64,000 bases of DNA from Octopus vulgaris (taxonomy: Eukaryota), in the NCBI GenBank assembly GCA_951406725.2, contig OX597833.1, forward strand, positions 40,486,001-40,550,000, written 5' to 3'. The number at the start of each line of letters is the position of its first letter. Within the stretch, counting starts at the first letter, position 1. Positions 62,227-64,000 of this stretch are shown here, in pieces. The notes under the pieces are model-generated. The model ran no database searches. It was not told the origin of the DNA and saw only the letters and a list, made by a program, of their open reading frames with translations. Both the position numbers and the translations under genes were made by a program.

Positions 62227-63039
62227 ATACATAATGTTCCCTAGCAAACAGTTAATACAAGGGAGATAATCATTTCTTCATAGTAGTTGGTGAGATTAGA
62301 AGTAAGTTGAATTTGAAATTAAGGAATAAAGAAGATGCATGTTAATTTTTTTTGTTTACTTATTATGAAGTTGTTAAAGTTTCCAGTCAGTGGTAAACAA
62401 GAATAGCACTATTTCATTCTTTTTAGAAATCATCAGCATGACATAACCCAATGTAAGTAAACTAAACCTTTTATGACTTTATATACATACTACACATATA
62501 CTGGGAGACCTTCTTGTTAGTTATGGAGCAAGAGTGAGGAGTTAAGCTGGAAGCCTAGAGGAGGAGATGGGTAGCAATTTGGCCACCTCTGCCAACACAC
62601 AGATAAGAGGATGTTATAATTCAGGGTTAACACACTCAACAATGATCATTGGATACTGTCTGATGACATTAATTTCTTCTGGTCAAAGCTACACTCTCCA
62701 AAAGAAAAAGAAAATAAAGCATCTTATAGATGCAATCAATATCACAATACACATGTATACATGTATACATATATACATGTTTTGTATTTCATACCCAAAC
62801 TGTTATATTTAATATATATAATTTGTTTATCCACAGAATTGTCTCTATATCTGCTCAACTTGATCCCTCTTGTAGCCATTCTTTACCCTGTGGAATTGAT
62901 CCACTGTAAAGACATTGGAGTCTAAGTTTGAATCATTTCATCTCTACTAAGTGTCTTCTATACTGAGAATCTCTGGATGTCATCTGTGGACCACACACAC
63001 ACACACACACACATATTGATAGATAGATAGAAAATTATT

Positions 63040-63930
63040 TGCAGGCTCCAGGCTCCAATGGCCAATCTTTACAATGCAGCTTACAAATGCTTTGGGATGC
63101 AGGTAAACATATTAAAGACCAAGACACTGATCCAACCTGCACCAGGTCAGAACAGTCCACCCACAAACATTAGCATCAATGGCCAACCCCTAGAAGAAGT
63201 TGAACACTTCACATACCTTGGTAGTATCCTTTCAAAGAACTCCACATGTGAAAGGGAGAACCGGATTGGGGCAGCCCATTCTGCCTTCAGCAAACGTGTA
63301 TTCTTCAATCGCGCACTGACCATCCACACAAAGATCATGGTCTTCCATGCCATTGTCCTGTCAACTCTACTCTATGCTTGTGAGACTTGGATATTGTACC
63401 GCCATGACTTCAAGCACCTTGAATGCTTCCAGTAATCGAAGCTATGACAGATCCTCAACAAGGTTCTTCGCCATGCCTCACCACCAAGTGTCGAAGCCAC
63501 CATTCTACACTATCGTCTCCACTGGGCAGGTCACATCCATCATATGGAGCCCTCTTGTCCCCTAAGGATCATGCTCTATGGAGAATTTGCAATCGGAACA
63601 AGACCCAGAGGAGGTCCGAAATTCCATTTTAAAGACCAGCTCAAATGGACCTTGGCTCAAGCTAACATCCAGCCATCCTCATAGGAACAGATTGCCATGG
63701 AGAGGAGAGCCTGGAGGACTGCTATCCACAATGGAGCCAGCTCCTTCAAGCAGAACAGACAACAGAATGAGGAGGCAAAATGCAGGAGAAGAAAGGAGCA
63801 TCTTTAACATCCTCCACCTGCACTGACCATCCTGTGCAAGTTCTGCCCACAGCTCTTTCACCACCAACTTGGACTCCAAAGTCATTTTCAGCACAAACAT
63901 CAACTGAAGAGACTGGACTGAAACTGAGGA
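63040..63930 (+). mobile_element. RTE/BovB-like LINE 3' fragment
   Basis: LEEVEHFTYLGSILS, TKIMVFHAIVLSTLLYACETW and LHWAGH; frameshifts. Confidence 0.85.
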
Positions 63931-64000
63931 ACCCAAAGCTTGAATACGAGTTGGAGCTGACCATATATATTAGCTTAAAAGCTGCCCGATAGGGTAGCTT

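Overview
AT-rich, microsatellite- and repeat-dense animal genomic DNA, most likely a coleoid cephalopod (Octopus-like SINE landscape; inferred from repeat style, not proven). It holds one complete 9-exon E2F4/5-type transcription factor gene on the + strand (CDS 1080..40978, 348 aa assembled by hand). That gene has a ~22.9 kb first intron, a U12-type (minor spliceosome) third intron and two symmetric microexons. On the - strand are the last three coding exons of an unidentified coiled-coil protein ending in a CaaX-like CVIC, convergent with E2F. The rest is transposon-derived: several tRNA-derived SINE families, RTE-type LINE fragments, mariner relics, a Merlin transposase relic, nested MITEs, Helitron-like elements and Penelope-like fragments with decayed minimal hammerhead motifs. 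There is also a striking number of near-perfect fold-back hairpins. Nearly all ORFs in the supplied track are artefacts of microsatellites or repeats. I found no prokaryote-type system (CRISPR etc.) and cannot claim a wholly new system; the best leads are listed as findings. Repeat boundaries were read by eye and are approximate unless a TSD or TIR is quoted.
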